A DNA stretch of 46,631 nt, filler included, from Catajapyx aquilonaris (lineage: Eukaryota): assembly GCA_000934665.2 (NCBI GenBank). It is 2 parts of 2 records of this genome, joined end to end, with 100 filler letters (N's around TTAATTAATTAA, not from the genome) between each part and the next. Parts side by side here need not be neighbours in the genome. Positions count along the whole stretch, not along the records: positions 1 to 23,874 come from JYFJ02005850.1; 1 more part is not named here. One strand, 5' to 3'. Every line of letters begins with the position of its first letter. Position 1 is the first letter of the stretch. Under the pieces are notes generated by a model. The model had not been told where the DNA came from. It saw nothing but the letters and a program-made list of their open reading frames with translations, and ran no database searches. The position numbers were made by a program, and so were the translations under genes. Positions 1 through 10,953 of the stretch are shown one piece after another.

Positions 1-91
1 TTTCCGGACACGGGTTCCTATGTCAAAAATACTTGTCTTGGTCCCCTCTATTACCCCTGAAAGTCTTTGCAGAGTTACAATAAACACCCTG
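1..91. mobile_element. Right end of a Tc1/mariner-type MITE (truncated by the window edge)
   Basis: Ends ...CACCCTG|TATA, the same CAGGGTG terminus plus TA target as the complete MITEs at 21518 and 33816. Confidence 0.55.
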
Positions 92-1499
92 TATATATCA
101 GTTATTATAACATCTTATGTGAGCTGTGTACCCAGGTCATTATTAGCCCCAACACTAACTATAAAAAGCTCCACATCAGCTATTACTATTGATTAAAACG
201 CCTGCATCCGCTATTCACTGATTAAAAACATGCTCATCTGGGAAGCCTGTACATATCAGCTAATTGCCCTCAATTACACCACACACGAGAAAATTCCATG
301 CACACCCGTTCAATTATTTTTTTTTGTAAAATGTATAGTCTATAGACTCAATAGATCTATAGGTCTGTATGCAGCCTGATCGCCTGGTTGAAGCACTGTC
401 TATGCTTCCCAAATGGATGACACACGACTTGACGCAGGTCAATTTGTTTTCCTCCCCTTATGATGAGGGCTGGTGGGGTCGGGTAAGAGATGGCGTGCAT
501 CTTTACAGTGCAGCCTTTCTTTCAATCAGTTCACTTCCCACCGACAAGTCTCGACTCAATCTCGTTCGTCCTTCTGCATCTTCTACGCACTCCATTCGAA
601 TTATATGGTCCAGTCCTCCACCACCCCTGCTTGCCGATAACTAAGCTGATCATAACGTGAGGGTGGGCCCTTTTCTTCCATCCTCGTTAGTGTTGGATGT
701 CTAATGAGACCCGATGGGTGGGCTCTCATTAAAGTCTTTTTCAGGATTTTTTGGTCCTGATTGTTAGCTTCATTCAAGGGGGGGGGGGGGGGNAGGGTCT
801 CGGGTTATGGGAATGCGATGAGAACGAAGCTACAAAGGACCTTGATGGCCAATTGGTTCTTGGGTAGGCACATAATAGGTCCGTCCGATGCGGGGACCTT
901 CCAACGTTCGTATGATTAGGGATGAATTCACGTGACGCCCACACCTAGCAGCTGTTGGATGCTAGAAATTTTTTAAAAGTTTTAAATGGCAGGTCATATA
1001 CGGAAAGGTCAAGAGGTATTGCATAAGTTTGACTTCCTTGTTGGATAGTTCTAGGGAGGGGGATGAGAGTTAGGTGGACCACCCAAAATTAAGTGTGTCG
1101 GCAATTTGGGTCAAATGGTTTTTTGGGAATGGGGTGGGGGGTTGGGGGGGGGGGNCCCTTTTGTTCTGGAATTTGTCAATGGTTATGCAGTCGCTGCTTT
1201 TTTATAGGGATGATGCAGAAAGTACGGATCAATGCACTCGAGTGGTGCCATGCTGTGTGGCATACCATGGGGGTCATTTATTGCATGCCTGCGTGCTTCA
1301 AATGACTGTGATTGCTGGGTAGCTGGTGCCGAATTTTTTTACCGGATGCCAAAGGTGCTGGGTTAAATTGCGAGGGGGATGCAGCACATGAGAACATTAA
1401 TTGATGATTTAATTGTTTGGTTCAATGGGAGTAAATGAGAATCGTTAGTTAGTTTGGTACGGTTATGGAAATAAAATGTATTATTAAATTTTCTTTCAG

Positions 1500-1638
1500 T
1501 TTCGAGAGTACGTAGCGAATAGCAAGTTTGTCCCACCTTTCCTCGGATACAGCCAGGCTACCATATTCGCACCGACTGACGAAGCTTTTGGCAACTACCA
1601 AGGCGTTGTGGATGACACCATCTTGCGGTACCACCTGG
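1500..1638 (+). CDS. Fas1: Fas1 exon (FAS1 domain 1, FREYVANSKFVPPFLGYSQATIFAPTDEAFGNYQGVVDDTILRYHL)
   Basis: Acceptor ttctttcag|, donor G|gtaagt; H1 motif TIFAPTDEAF and YH motif; not in the ORF track because there is no start codon in this frame. Confidence 0.9.
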
Positions 1639-4600
1639 GTAAGTCTGCAGTATGGCCTGATATTTCGCCATTGGGGACGGAGGGATCAACACCTCAAAGT
1701 GCATTTTCCAGGATGAATGCTTTCCTTATGACTGATGGCATTATGATAAGTAGAGCTGGATAGTTGAGTTGAAAGGGCTCTGGAGCAGATCAGCTCCCAG
1801 TTTGAATAGCAGTAATGCGGTTTTTCGAACTAAGCTCCTCTAATACCAATTAGCCTGTGCAAAATACATGCACAAGTGAATTATAAGGATGTAATGAGAG
1901 CATCCGGTGCAGTGCTTTGTTGGAAAAATAATTGCTTCGTGCCATCAGTTTTCCGTCCTTTCTCCCACTCCCATTCTGCTGTACCTACAAGGGGATTACC
2001 AAAGAGACGAAGCCGATTTTCCCTGCTATTGTACGGTGGAGTGGAACTGCAATCAGCGGCTATTGTGTATGTGTGAGTGCGAATGTGTGAATGTGTGTTA
2101 TTGAGAGCTGCATAGATATGGAAGACTGCGGCCAGATGAGGGTTTGATGGGAGATTGTTCGTCATTGTCCCCGTAGCTCAGTGGCAGAGCACTCGCCAAG
2201 TGCGAATCTGGTCCCGGGTTCGATTCCCGGCGGGGAATGAGAGCACTACTATTCTACTAACCAGTGCGGTGACTCCCTATACACTGCATGTGATGATGAG
2301 TGTGAGAACTCTCAGTGGCGGATCGTTTGCTTCAATAACCTCCTGAGACCCCTGGTACAGTATACTGTACCTTTGTTTTTTCCAGCACCTTCTGACTAAC
2401 TCAAACGCGTAAAAAACCCAAAAAAACCAAAGGTACAGTATACTGTACTCCGGGTCTCAGGAGGATAATTTCTCTCGTCCATAAAGTGTGACTAAAATAG
2501 CTGCGAAAATCAGTGCATATCAGGTAATACAGTAAGTCGCCACGATTTGCTACTGAGAATGAGAATGCAAGGTATAAATGTTACACCGTGCAATAGCTGT
2601 AGGTCTGAGATAAGGGCTAATGCTTGCTGCACTAAACAATAATAACCCAGCATCATGCCGGCTTATCGACAATTAGTGTTGGCCAATACAATGTAATGCG
2701 GCTTCTTTGGATTTCCCTTGAGAATTTCTTGGCGCTGTGCCTGTAGGGCGAACCACTGAGAAATTCTGGTCCAATAGCACAGTCGATGCAGTGGCTCCAG
2801 GCCGATGGCCTTGAGTTGTCAATAATGTATAGGGCGTTTGAAAATTGTGATCGAGGTAGAAAATGGAATTCGAAATCGAAAATTCCTGTGGTGTTTTGTT
2901 GCAAAAATTATTGTTGAAGAATTTGATTGTGAAAAAAAAAAAGAATGTTCATTAAAAAGTGGAGTGGAAATATTTAGATGATGGTTGCTTCGGTAATCTT
3001 TCGTCCCATTTTTTACTTTCTACAGCAAATGTTGCACAATCTACGGACAAGTTCTCGGATATCATCTCCTCTGAACTCACTGGAAACCCCATTATTTGGA
3101 TCACCCGGCGTCACAACCCTGCAAGACAATCTACTGACATCTACGTGAATGATGCCATGATTATTGAATCAAACTTGTCGTGGACTGTGTCAGATGACAA
3201 TAAGGAGCAGGTAATGAGTCTTGGAATTGTTATTTTCTTCCATTGTACATTTTGTGTTCAACCCTAGGTGTTGCACATCATCGACAAGGTTTTGGAACCA
3301 GCGATTGCAGATTCTTCAGATTCTTCTCTGTATAGCCCGGATGCCTACAACTTTCTCAACATGTCATCCGTTTTTCGTCTCGGTGACCACAAACTCAGGT
3401 TGGTACTACTCATATTGAACATCCTCTTGGAAGATTACAGAAACTGTTCTTTCAGGAAATTTGCTCAGCAAGTGACAGCCCACAAGAAAAAGAACGTCTT
3501 CCAGGCATCAGGAAAAAATACGTTCTTCATGCCAGTAGATGCAGGGCTGGTAAATTTTTGGTTTGATTTTTCTAGTGACTTCCAGTACTGAAACACATCC
3601 TTGACTTTCAGGCTGTAGGAAAGGAAACTATTAACAACCAAGTCATTGATGGCCACATTATTCCCAATCACATCCTCTTCTCTCGATCTCTTGAACCACA
3701 TGTCGAGTATGAAACACTTGCATTGACAGACAACATCAAAGTATATGTGACCATGTACAGTGACAGTGAGGGAAACAGTAAGTTATATCGATGAGAGTTT
3801 CAGAACAATACTGATTAATTATTCCTTTTTTCTACCTATAGCATTTGTGGCAAGCAACACAAAAGTTGGAAACTTTAACTACCCAAAAGCCAGTGTCATA
3901 GTTAAGGTCATCAAAGGTAACATCCCAGTCAGAAATGGTGTTGTTCACCTCATCAGTAAGCCACTGATGATTGTGGACCAGACTGTCTACCAGATACTCA
4001 GTGTGAGTAATGTCACTTTTAGACATTTTTTTTCTTCATGTCTGGATATGCTTGAGTTTTTTTTTTCCTCTGTTTGAGTCTGGTGACTGGACATATTTTC
4101 ACAAAGTAGAAAAATTGGAGCAAATAACTGAACAGGAAATCAAATACATGACAAGGACATGTAAACATGTTTTATGTGGTGCAATGGTGTACATGTTGAA
4201 TGCTCATTATTAATATTCTCTGGGAAATACTGTGTTCAAGAAAATTTCAACTGAGCTTGGATTCAATGCATACCTCCATTAGCTCTTTCACCTACAAGGA
4301 AACATTGTTAATGTATGGTAACTGAAAATTTTTATGGTAGGTAACAGCCCACAGAGGGGTCTTGTGGGCCACTTCATAGCTCATTTGAAGATTTGGGCAG
4401 ATGGCTGTCCAAACTTACTTAAGCCAATTCAGTAGTCAACAAGACTAGTGTGGATTATTACTTCCCAGGATTTTTCAATTGACGAGTTAATATATATTAA
4501 TTTTTTCTGGCCTGCAAAACATCTGGTAATAATGTATAAGTAACATACCATTATTGCCTTACATAACAATACCCTTAGTCAGATGGTTGTTACATTAACA

Positions 4601-7600
4601 AGAAAGCAGGAATGATATATTTTGCTGGTAGACCTAAAGAAATAATTTGATAATATGGAAAGAACTTTTACAATACTTAGTTCACGTCACAATTTCTCTG
4701 GACCCTACTGTAAGATTTGACCTTGTCCAAGAATGTTTAGTTTGATTTCCTGTCTACAGAACATCCGTTTGTTGATTTAATTGCTTGTGCCAATTGAAGT
4801 TATATTGCCGACACATATATCATTCAACCCCTTGAGCAATACTTTTCCCCAGGATGTAGATGCTGTATATTAACAAGATATTATGCTGTAGTCATCAAGA
4901 CGCGCCTAAATTCAGAAATAGTTGGGAGCCAATGTAATGCCTCCATGCCATAGAATAGTTTATAGAGTGGTCATGGAGATATATCAAGTGTACAGAGATA
5001 ACTAAGGCCATAGTAGTTGACACAAAGTAATTAACTTCATTTCCTTCCTGTCTTTTTATAACCTTCAGAATGTTAAGGTAACACGCTTTCGCTTCTTCGT
5101 ATTCACTCCATTGCACGTTTACGGCAAGAAAAGCTACCATTTCAACACAAGCTGGCATGAACCACGACTGCACAAACTTAGAATCCTAGCCAAGAGCTGA
5201 ATGAGTAGCTGAGAGATACTGATGCTTGTAGAAGTGAACAAAGACTGAGCAGTGAGAACACATCTCTTGTGCTTCTTGGTTAGAGCATGGAATGAGCAGT
5301 CGACAGTTATACAATGGCTGAGAGGAAAGGAAGCGCACCCACAGTGACCCTGCCAGCAGTTACATTACATGTGTGCTTGGGTGTGCGTGGAGTGTGTGTG
5401 TGAGCGTGTGAGCGTGACTTCTAGACCTGAGCCAGCAGAAGGTTGAAACCCATCTGAGAACAGAATCTACTTGCTCCAGCGTGCACTCCACACACCCTTT
5501 TCAGTTGGGAATGTGTGTGAATACAGAGGCTCTCATCTTGACGCTGGCTTGACTTCACATACCTTTGTCAATGAATGGCAACACTTGTTGCATTGACATA
5601 CTTACTCCTCCTTGCCTGGGGACTGCTTTTTTTCCCCCTCCTTATTTCATCCTGGCTTACCAGCTTTGGTGAGGTTGCCCCTTATCAATTCTCTTGTCTC
5701 ACTTGCATGTCCTTTCCTTCTTCTTTTATGGGAGGAAAGAAGCCACTTGCTACTCTCTTTATAGTTTATAGCCAGTAGTGCTGATTTAGAGTAGGAATAT
5801 ATTAACTAATCTTGTAGCTGTGGTGTAGTTTTAAGGTATTTTTGATATTTTGAGTAGAATATTTTTTTGAGTTTTGTCAGTGAAGAGCATATACTAGCTC
5901 TTTCATATGTAAGAGTTTGGGAATAGTCACTTTTTGGTATGATACCTTCTAGACCTGCTGAAAAGAGCCAGAGCAATTCAGATATTTAACTCTGTGGGGA
6001 AGAATGGCGGTAGAGATGGTGATGATGTGCAAACAGTAGAATGAGGAGAATAATGATGTATTTTGCACAAACTGATCTACATCATCATTCAAAGTAAATG
6101 ACTCGGAAATATCCCCAACATAATGGTTGTATGTGTCACTGATACACAAACTACTTCATGAAGAGTTGCATTTGCAGTGAGTGTAGTCACACAATGATTT
6201 GTTTAGTCACAAAATTTGGTGAACCATACTGTAAGTAATTTGCCCAAAAAATTGCTTTGAAATATTTTGGCATCTGAAGAAACATTCTGCAGAGATGCTA
6301 ATGAGGCGGATAAGTTGATCAGCCAATAATATGACTACTTTAGCATACATTCATTGATTGTTCCTAGAGCAAAGCATTCAAAAACCTGCCTTTCAGTCCA
6401 CTTTTGGTTGAGATGAGAATAAAATAATGCTGAAACAGATGTGCTTGAGGGATTGGACTTTGCAATGAAATGTACAAGATTCTCCATGATTTGCCCGAGG
6501 TTTATCTGTAATTATCCTAGGATTCATGCCCTAAACATAGTAGATTCATGTTATTGCGTGGCCATGTGGACTGGCTACATCATTTTCTCCTGTACCCAAT
6601 AGTACAATTTTCATATCATATTATATCATATCATATCCATAATGGCATTTCCCAAATGAAATATGGGGTGCCAGCAAATAACAAGGTGGAGCTCCTCATT
6701 ACCCTCACACAACCAGTGCAAAAAAATTCTGGAGACTTGTCAGGTACTTGCAAAAAATAAGGGGAGGGGAATAGAACAGAATGCCAACAGCAACGGCTGA
6801 GCTGGGTTGTTTACATGGGTGATGTCCCTGGAGCCATCCACCAGGCAGGAGTGCTGTCTCAAATAAGATTTTCATGATGTGGAATTTGTGTGCTCACAAG
6901 GGTCACCTAAGGGACTTAACTCTATGTTATGGATGCAACAGGTCAGATTAGCTCTGTAAAAATTAATGGAGGGGAAGGGATATATGCTGAAAAGTGACCT
7001 TACGCCAATATGTTATTGTTATACTATATGTGCTCAATAATAACTTTAGTAATTTGATTTTACTGATGAGAATGTTTATGGCAGTACAGCAATGCTGTAA
7101 AAGAAAAGTAATATACTCTTCACGTTTTAAAAATATAGAATTTTAGGATGAAAATAAACACACATGTGACTATTTTGAAATTTATATTCTCATAATAAAA
7201 AAATCACTACTTGTGCTTTACAGACAGAGATATTTTTAAAACATTTCTCTTTCTCATGTGAGATAATTTTGCTGTCTTATTCTGATACCTTCTGAATAGC
7301 AAGTATGTCTTAACTTGCCAAGTCTGTTGAGGAGCTACTACATATGAAATGGAGCATAATGAAGATGAGACGAATATAAATTAATTGATGTTCTTGTTCA
7401 CTACAGGAGAAGAATGGGCAGCTTTCAAAGTTCTTTGAACTTCTGAAAGATCGAGATGCAGAACTGCTAAGTAAGATTGAAGGAGAGCGAGAACTGACTC
7501 TCTTTGCTCCATCAAACCAAGCTTTTCGAGATGCAGACCAGACTCGACTGAACGAAATAATATCTGATTCTGCCAAAGTGAGGGAGGTTCTCCAACTCCA

Positions 7601-10600
7601 TGTGTCTCCGCAAAAAGTGTATGCAGATGGGGATGCATGGACCACTCATTCCCAGGTATGTACATTTTGCTAGTCTTTTGCAAGTGTCTGGACCTAATTG
7701 CCTGGTTTAAGAATCATTGGTCTGAGTGTGAAATATGACACAGTTTTGTCATGTCTCTGGCAAGGAAAATGGGAAAAATAATCTGTTACCTAATAAATTA
7801 AAATAATGAATACATGTTCCTCACAAGTCACAAGGAGTGTAAAGATTGCCAATAGTCATTAATATCAGGGGTTTAGGGCCTATCGGCCAGGTCGACCCCT
7901 TAAGTCCCTACCTATGTCATTAATATCAAGCACATGCAGCACAAACAGCATTATTTTGTCAAAAAATTTAATACCCCTGATACGTCCAGGTGCCCTTTTT
8001 TTTTTGGGGGGGGGGGTACCCCAGGTGTACAAACGTGTGTTTAATGGCATAAGATCTGTATTCATGTTAGTATTGTAAGCTGCACCTTGGTTCTCAGGTG
8101 CATGAAGTCCCAACATGGGCTCATAGACAAAAGCTGTACTTCAACATCATGGGCCAGGGCCAGAACCGAACTATATCAGTTGAAGCAGGAGGTGTGAATG
8201 CTTCTGTGGTGCAGCCTGACATTGGAGCCACCAATGGAGTGGTGCACATAATTGATCGGATTTTGGGTGTGCCCTATGAGAGTGTCTTTCTGAAGTTGCA
8301 GCATCATCCTCTCCTCAAGTGAGCATTTGGAAAGATTGCACTGACTCCTCCTGTAACTCATTCACAAAATTTTAAACATTTCAGGAAGACAAGCGAAGTT
8401 GTGCGAGTAAGTGACCTTGAGCAAGAGCTGAGCGATCCCAACCAGAGACTGACATTCTTTGCGCCAAGTGATGAAGCATGGGAGCAGGCTTTTAGAGAAA
8501 TTCCATCTGCAGTGTCAAAGCTCAGTATCCCGAAGTATGGCTATCAAGTGCGTACAACTACCTACCTAATTCTTGCTTTTAGATGCAGTCCTGGGTGGCT
8601 ATGCGATGTAGAAAGTTCAATTCATTTGAAGACTAAATGGGGCTGATCCATAATGGTTCTTGTGACCTGTAACACACTTGCACTGTGTGTGCCCTTTATG
8701 GCCTTTTCTATTTTTGTCGGATTTTGTTTCCTGATTTAAATGCTGTTGATGTAATTTCGGGATCGAATTTTTGAAGGCTACCTAGATATCTGCCAGCTAT
8801 ACGCCAGGTGTGCATTTTTGGTCTTTCTCTACAATGCAAAAGCAGAGGTAGAGACTGGGGTGGACTTTCAAAATTCCACTCTCCATGCTGTATTGTCAAA
8901 ACAACGAGCACCCTGATTCCCTTCCTCGCCTTCACCTGTCACTTAAATCTTTCCAAGCTTGGCTGGACAGCCAATACCCACATTACCCTGCACCACCTGC
9001 CTCTCCAGCATCTGGAGTTACCCCATTAATTATTACCCCATTATATCCATTATGCTTGGAAGCGGCCAGTTGCCACTCCACAATGCTGGGGAAGAACCAA
9101 AAATGCACCCAAAGTGAAGAGCTGGTGGCGAAACTCCCAAACAGTGTAAGTGTGATGCTAGGAAAATCACATGATCCAGGTGTTCTTTCTGATTGACTGA
9201 TACAGTGTACGACACTAGTCCTTCCACATCCCAGGGATGCATCATGAGAGCTTTTTCAAGGACTTAACCGAATAGACCTTGTACTTAAACTGGTCCACAT
9301 TACAGGCACGCTACATTTTGGAACGCCACATGAAAAAGAATGCAGCCCTGACGATGGAGGCCTTGGCTCTCATACCTGGTCGTGTCCCTATGGTACGAGG
9401 CACTCTCAATGTCACGGAATACAGAATGAACGGTAAGGAATCAACTAGAGTTTTGACTTCGAAATAACCTACAATGCATTTGGTCTCATCCTTACAACAT
9501 GGGTCAAACTGGAGTGGACAGAGCTTTGCTTATGGCCATCCCAGTACCGCCAGTTTGACATGAACTCAAAAGACAGAGTAGTGCTTTATCTTCCTATGAC
9601 ACAACCTACTTTGAGTTGTCCTCTCAAAGAAGCTATATTTCATTTAGGCACATGCAGCCAACTAGATTAATCTGTGGGCAGAGTAGTGTGTACCCACATG
9701 CAGTAGTGGCTAAGAATACAGTCATTATGAAGTTACTATTTATTGGATGAAGCTTTAGCAGTTGAGAAGTGAATGCATGGACTTCCTGTACAAAGACAAG
9801 AATAGAGAAGAGAGATGGCTTTCTTGAGGAAAAGATATTTGCTGCATGTCCATTATCCTTGTTTGCCACATTGGCTGACAAGTTCGAGTTGCTCTACATT
9901 TGAATTTGTTTACATTGTATTGAAGATCAGCACTTTATTACGTTCCCTTTGAACCCTTTTATTTGAGGCCAGCTGCTGGTACAATATATTTGAATATAAC
10001 TAATGAACTGGGTGTTCCAAATGGAACGTTTCCCATGAGGGAACCGCCTGACATCTGAATGAGCTTCTTCCTAAGGTACTTGTATGGATTCCAAGAGGCC
10101 AGTCAATTGTATATACTTTTTTTCTTCAGAAAATAGGAAGAAGTTAGCGACAATCTTTATTCATGTTTGTTGTAAGAAATTCTGCCACTTGATCTAGATA
10201 AGCTTGGAATTATTTGATGTTTGCAAAGTAACTTTTTTATTTGCATGCACCAATCAAATGCTTGAAACATGTTGTCGCCATTTGCAGACTGGAAGGAGGA
10301 AAGTCAGCGAGGTAAGATGGCATCCAAAACATTCAGCTTCTTTTTTCTTTGCTTCTGTGCTTTTTTTGGCTTGTTTTTTTTATAGTTATGCTTGATATCT
10401 TAAACTGCCCACTTTGCACCAACTTATTTCCCCTGCCCATCCTATATGCCAAGAGCTTGGAAAATGTTATGAACATGTAACATTTTCCTTGCCCTGATTA
10501 ATGCTCTGACATGCAGTGTGTTTCACATGCGTGGTGTGTGCTCTGCAACATTGACAACAATCATCTTACAGTATGCCTCTCAGTTTCAATGCAAACAAGC

Positions 10601-10953
10601 TGATATGTGTTTGCAAACACTCTTGCATGACTTGGACAACCAAATTACCAGTAAACACTGATACAAACAAGAATGGCACTCACAAAAAATTATTACTGTT
10701 AATTCTCATGTTGTCTGTGCAATACCTTTGAGGATAACAAAAGAATTAATAAGTCACATCATTCACAGCCTACTGGATCGAACTGGATGGAATTCGAGCC
10801 AATGTGAGTCGCACCAATGTGGAGTGCACAAATGGCATCGTGCACATCATAAACAGACCGCTCTTTCGGGAGCGAGACGTGGTAGTGAGCCAGGCATCCT
10901 CCCTGCTGCTGCAGCTGCCACTGCTGCTTCTGGCTGCCATCCACCTTTTGTAA
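1500..10953 (+). CDS. Fas1: Fasciclin 1 orthologue (4 FAS1 domains, GPI-anchored cell adhesion molecule), spliced, 5'-partial: join(1500-1638,3026-3210,3268-3398,3456-3549,3612-3777,3842-4002,7407-7655,8098-8318,8385-8547,9306-9432,10288-10311,10769-10953)
   Basis: All introns are GT..AG and phase-compatible; the summed exons give 1845 nt (614 aa + TAA). FAS1 H1/H2 motifs occur four times (TIFAPTDEAF..VLHIIDKVLEP; NTFFMPVDAG..NIPVRNGVVHLISKPL; LTLFAPSNQAF..ATNGVVHIIDRILGVP; LTFFAPSDEAW..VECTNGIVHIINRPL), colinear with insect Fasciclin I. Hydrophobic C-terminus. Confidence 0.93.
2167..2237 (+). mobile_element. tRNA-derived SINE head / tRNA-like pseudogene
   Basis: A box TAGCTCAGTGG, B box GGTTCGATTCC in a CCGGG/CCCGG T-stem, acceptor-like TCCCCG/CGGGGA; the anticodon arm is non-canonical. 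Confidence 0.65.
2339..2464. mobile_element. 126-bp piggyBac-like MITE
   Basis: TIR CCTCCTGAGACCC / GGGTCTCAGGAGG; 4-bp TSD ATAA on both sides (variant of TTAA); subterminal palindromes GTACAGTATACTGTAC in both arms. Confidence 0.7.
3026..3210 (+). CDS. Fas1: Fas1 exon (domain 1, ANVAQ...SSELTGNPIIWIT...DIYVNDAMII...KEQ)
   Basis: Acceptor tttctacag|, donor CAG|gtaatg; phase 1 start matches the previous exon. Confidence 0.9.
3268..3398 (+). CDS. Fas1: Fas1 exon (VLHIIDKVLEP...GDHKL)
   Basis: Acceptor ccctag|, donor AG|gttggt; H2 motif of domain 1. Confidence 0.9.
3456..3549 (+). CDS. Fas1: Fas1 exon (KFAQQV...GKNTFFMPVDAGL)
   Basis: Acceptor ttctttcag|, donor CTG|gtaaat; H1 motif of domain 2. 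Confidence 0.88.
3612..3777 (+). CDS. Fas1: Fas1 exon (AVGKETINNQVIDGHIIPNHILFSR...DNIKVYV)
   Basis: Acceptor actttcag|, donor A|gtaagt; VIDGHIIPN resembles insect Fas1 VIDGHVIPN. Confidence 0.9.
3842..4002 (+). CDS. Fas1: Fas1 exon (FVASNTKVG...GNIPVRNGVVHLISKPLMIVDQTVYQILS)
   Basis: Acceptor cctatag|, donor AGT|gtgagt; H2 motif of domain 2. Confidence 0.92.
7407..7655 (+). CDS. Fas1: Fas1 exon (EKNGQLSKFFELL...LTLFAPSNQAF...VLQLHV...HSQ)
   Basis: Acceptor cactacag|, donor CAG|gtatgt; 83 codons, domain 3 H1 motif. Confidence 0.92.
8098..8318 (+). CDS. Fas1: Fas1 exon (VHEVPTW...VEAGGVNASVVQPDIGATNGVVHIIDRILGVPY)
   Basis: Acceptor ttctcag|, donor AA|gtgagc; domain 3 H2 motif. Confidence 0.93.
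8385..8547 (+). CDS. Fas1: Fas1 exon (KTSEVV...QRLTFFAPSDEAW...KYGYQ)
   Basis: Acceptor atttcag|, donor CAA|gtgcgt; domain 4 H1 motif. Confidence 0.9.
9306..9432 (+). CDS. Fas1: Fas1 exon (ARYILERHMKK...TEYRMN)
   Basis: Acceptor ttacag|, donor G|gtaagg; ILERH matches Fas1 domain 4. Confidence 0.88.
10288..10311 (+). CDS. Fas1: Fas1 24-nt cassette mini-exon (adds DWKEESQR)
   Basis: tttgcag|ACTGGAAGGAGGAAAGTCAGCGAG|gtaaga; strong splice sites, symmetric phase 1, stop-free, purine-rich. Confidence 0.65.
10769..10953 (+). CDS. Fas1: Fas1 last coding exon (AYWIELDG...NVECTNGIVHIINRPLFRERDVVVSQASSLLLQLPLLLLAAIHLL*), GPI-signal-like tail
   Basis: Acceptor ttcacag|; H2 motif of domain 4; small residues (SQASS) followed by a hydrophobic tail; TAA at 10951-10953. 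Confidence 0.92.

Noticed and set aside
2000..2076. 2A-like peptide (LLLYGGVELQSA)
   Set aside because: Lacks the essential NPGP motif, has no downstream endonuclease ORF, and is intronic.
2167..2237. Functional tRNA gene
   Set aside because: The anticodon arm lacks a canonical 5-bp stem with 7-nt loop and there is no T-run terminator; better explained as a SINE head.
8660..9000. LINE ORF2 C-terminal remnant in a Fas1 intron (DSLP..SLKSFQAWLD)
   Set aside because: Resemblance too short and degenerate to support without a profile search.
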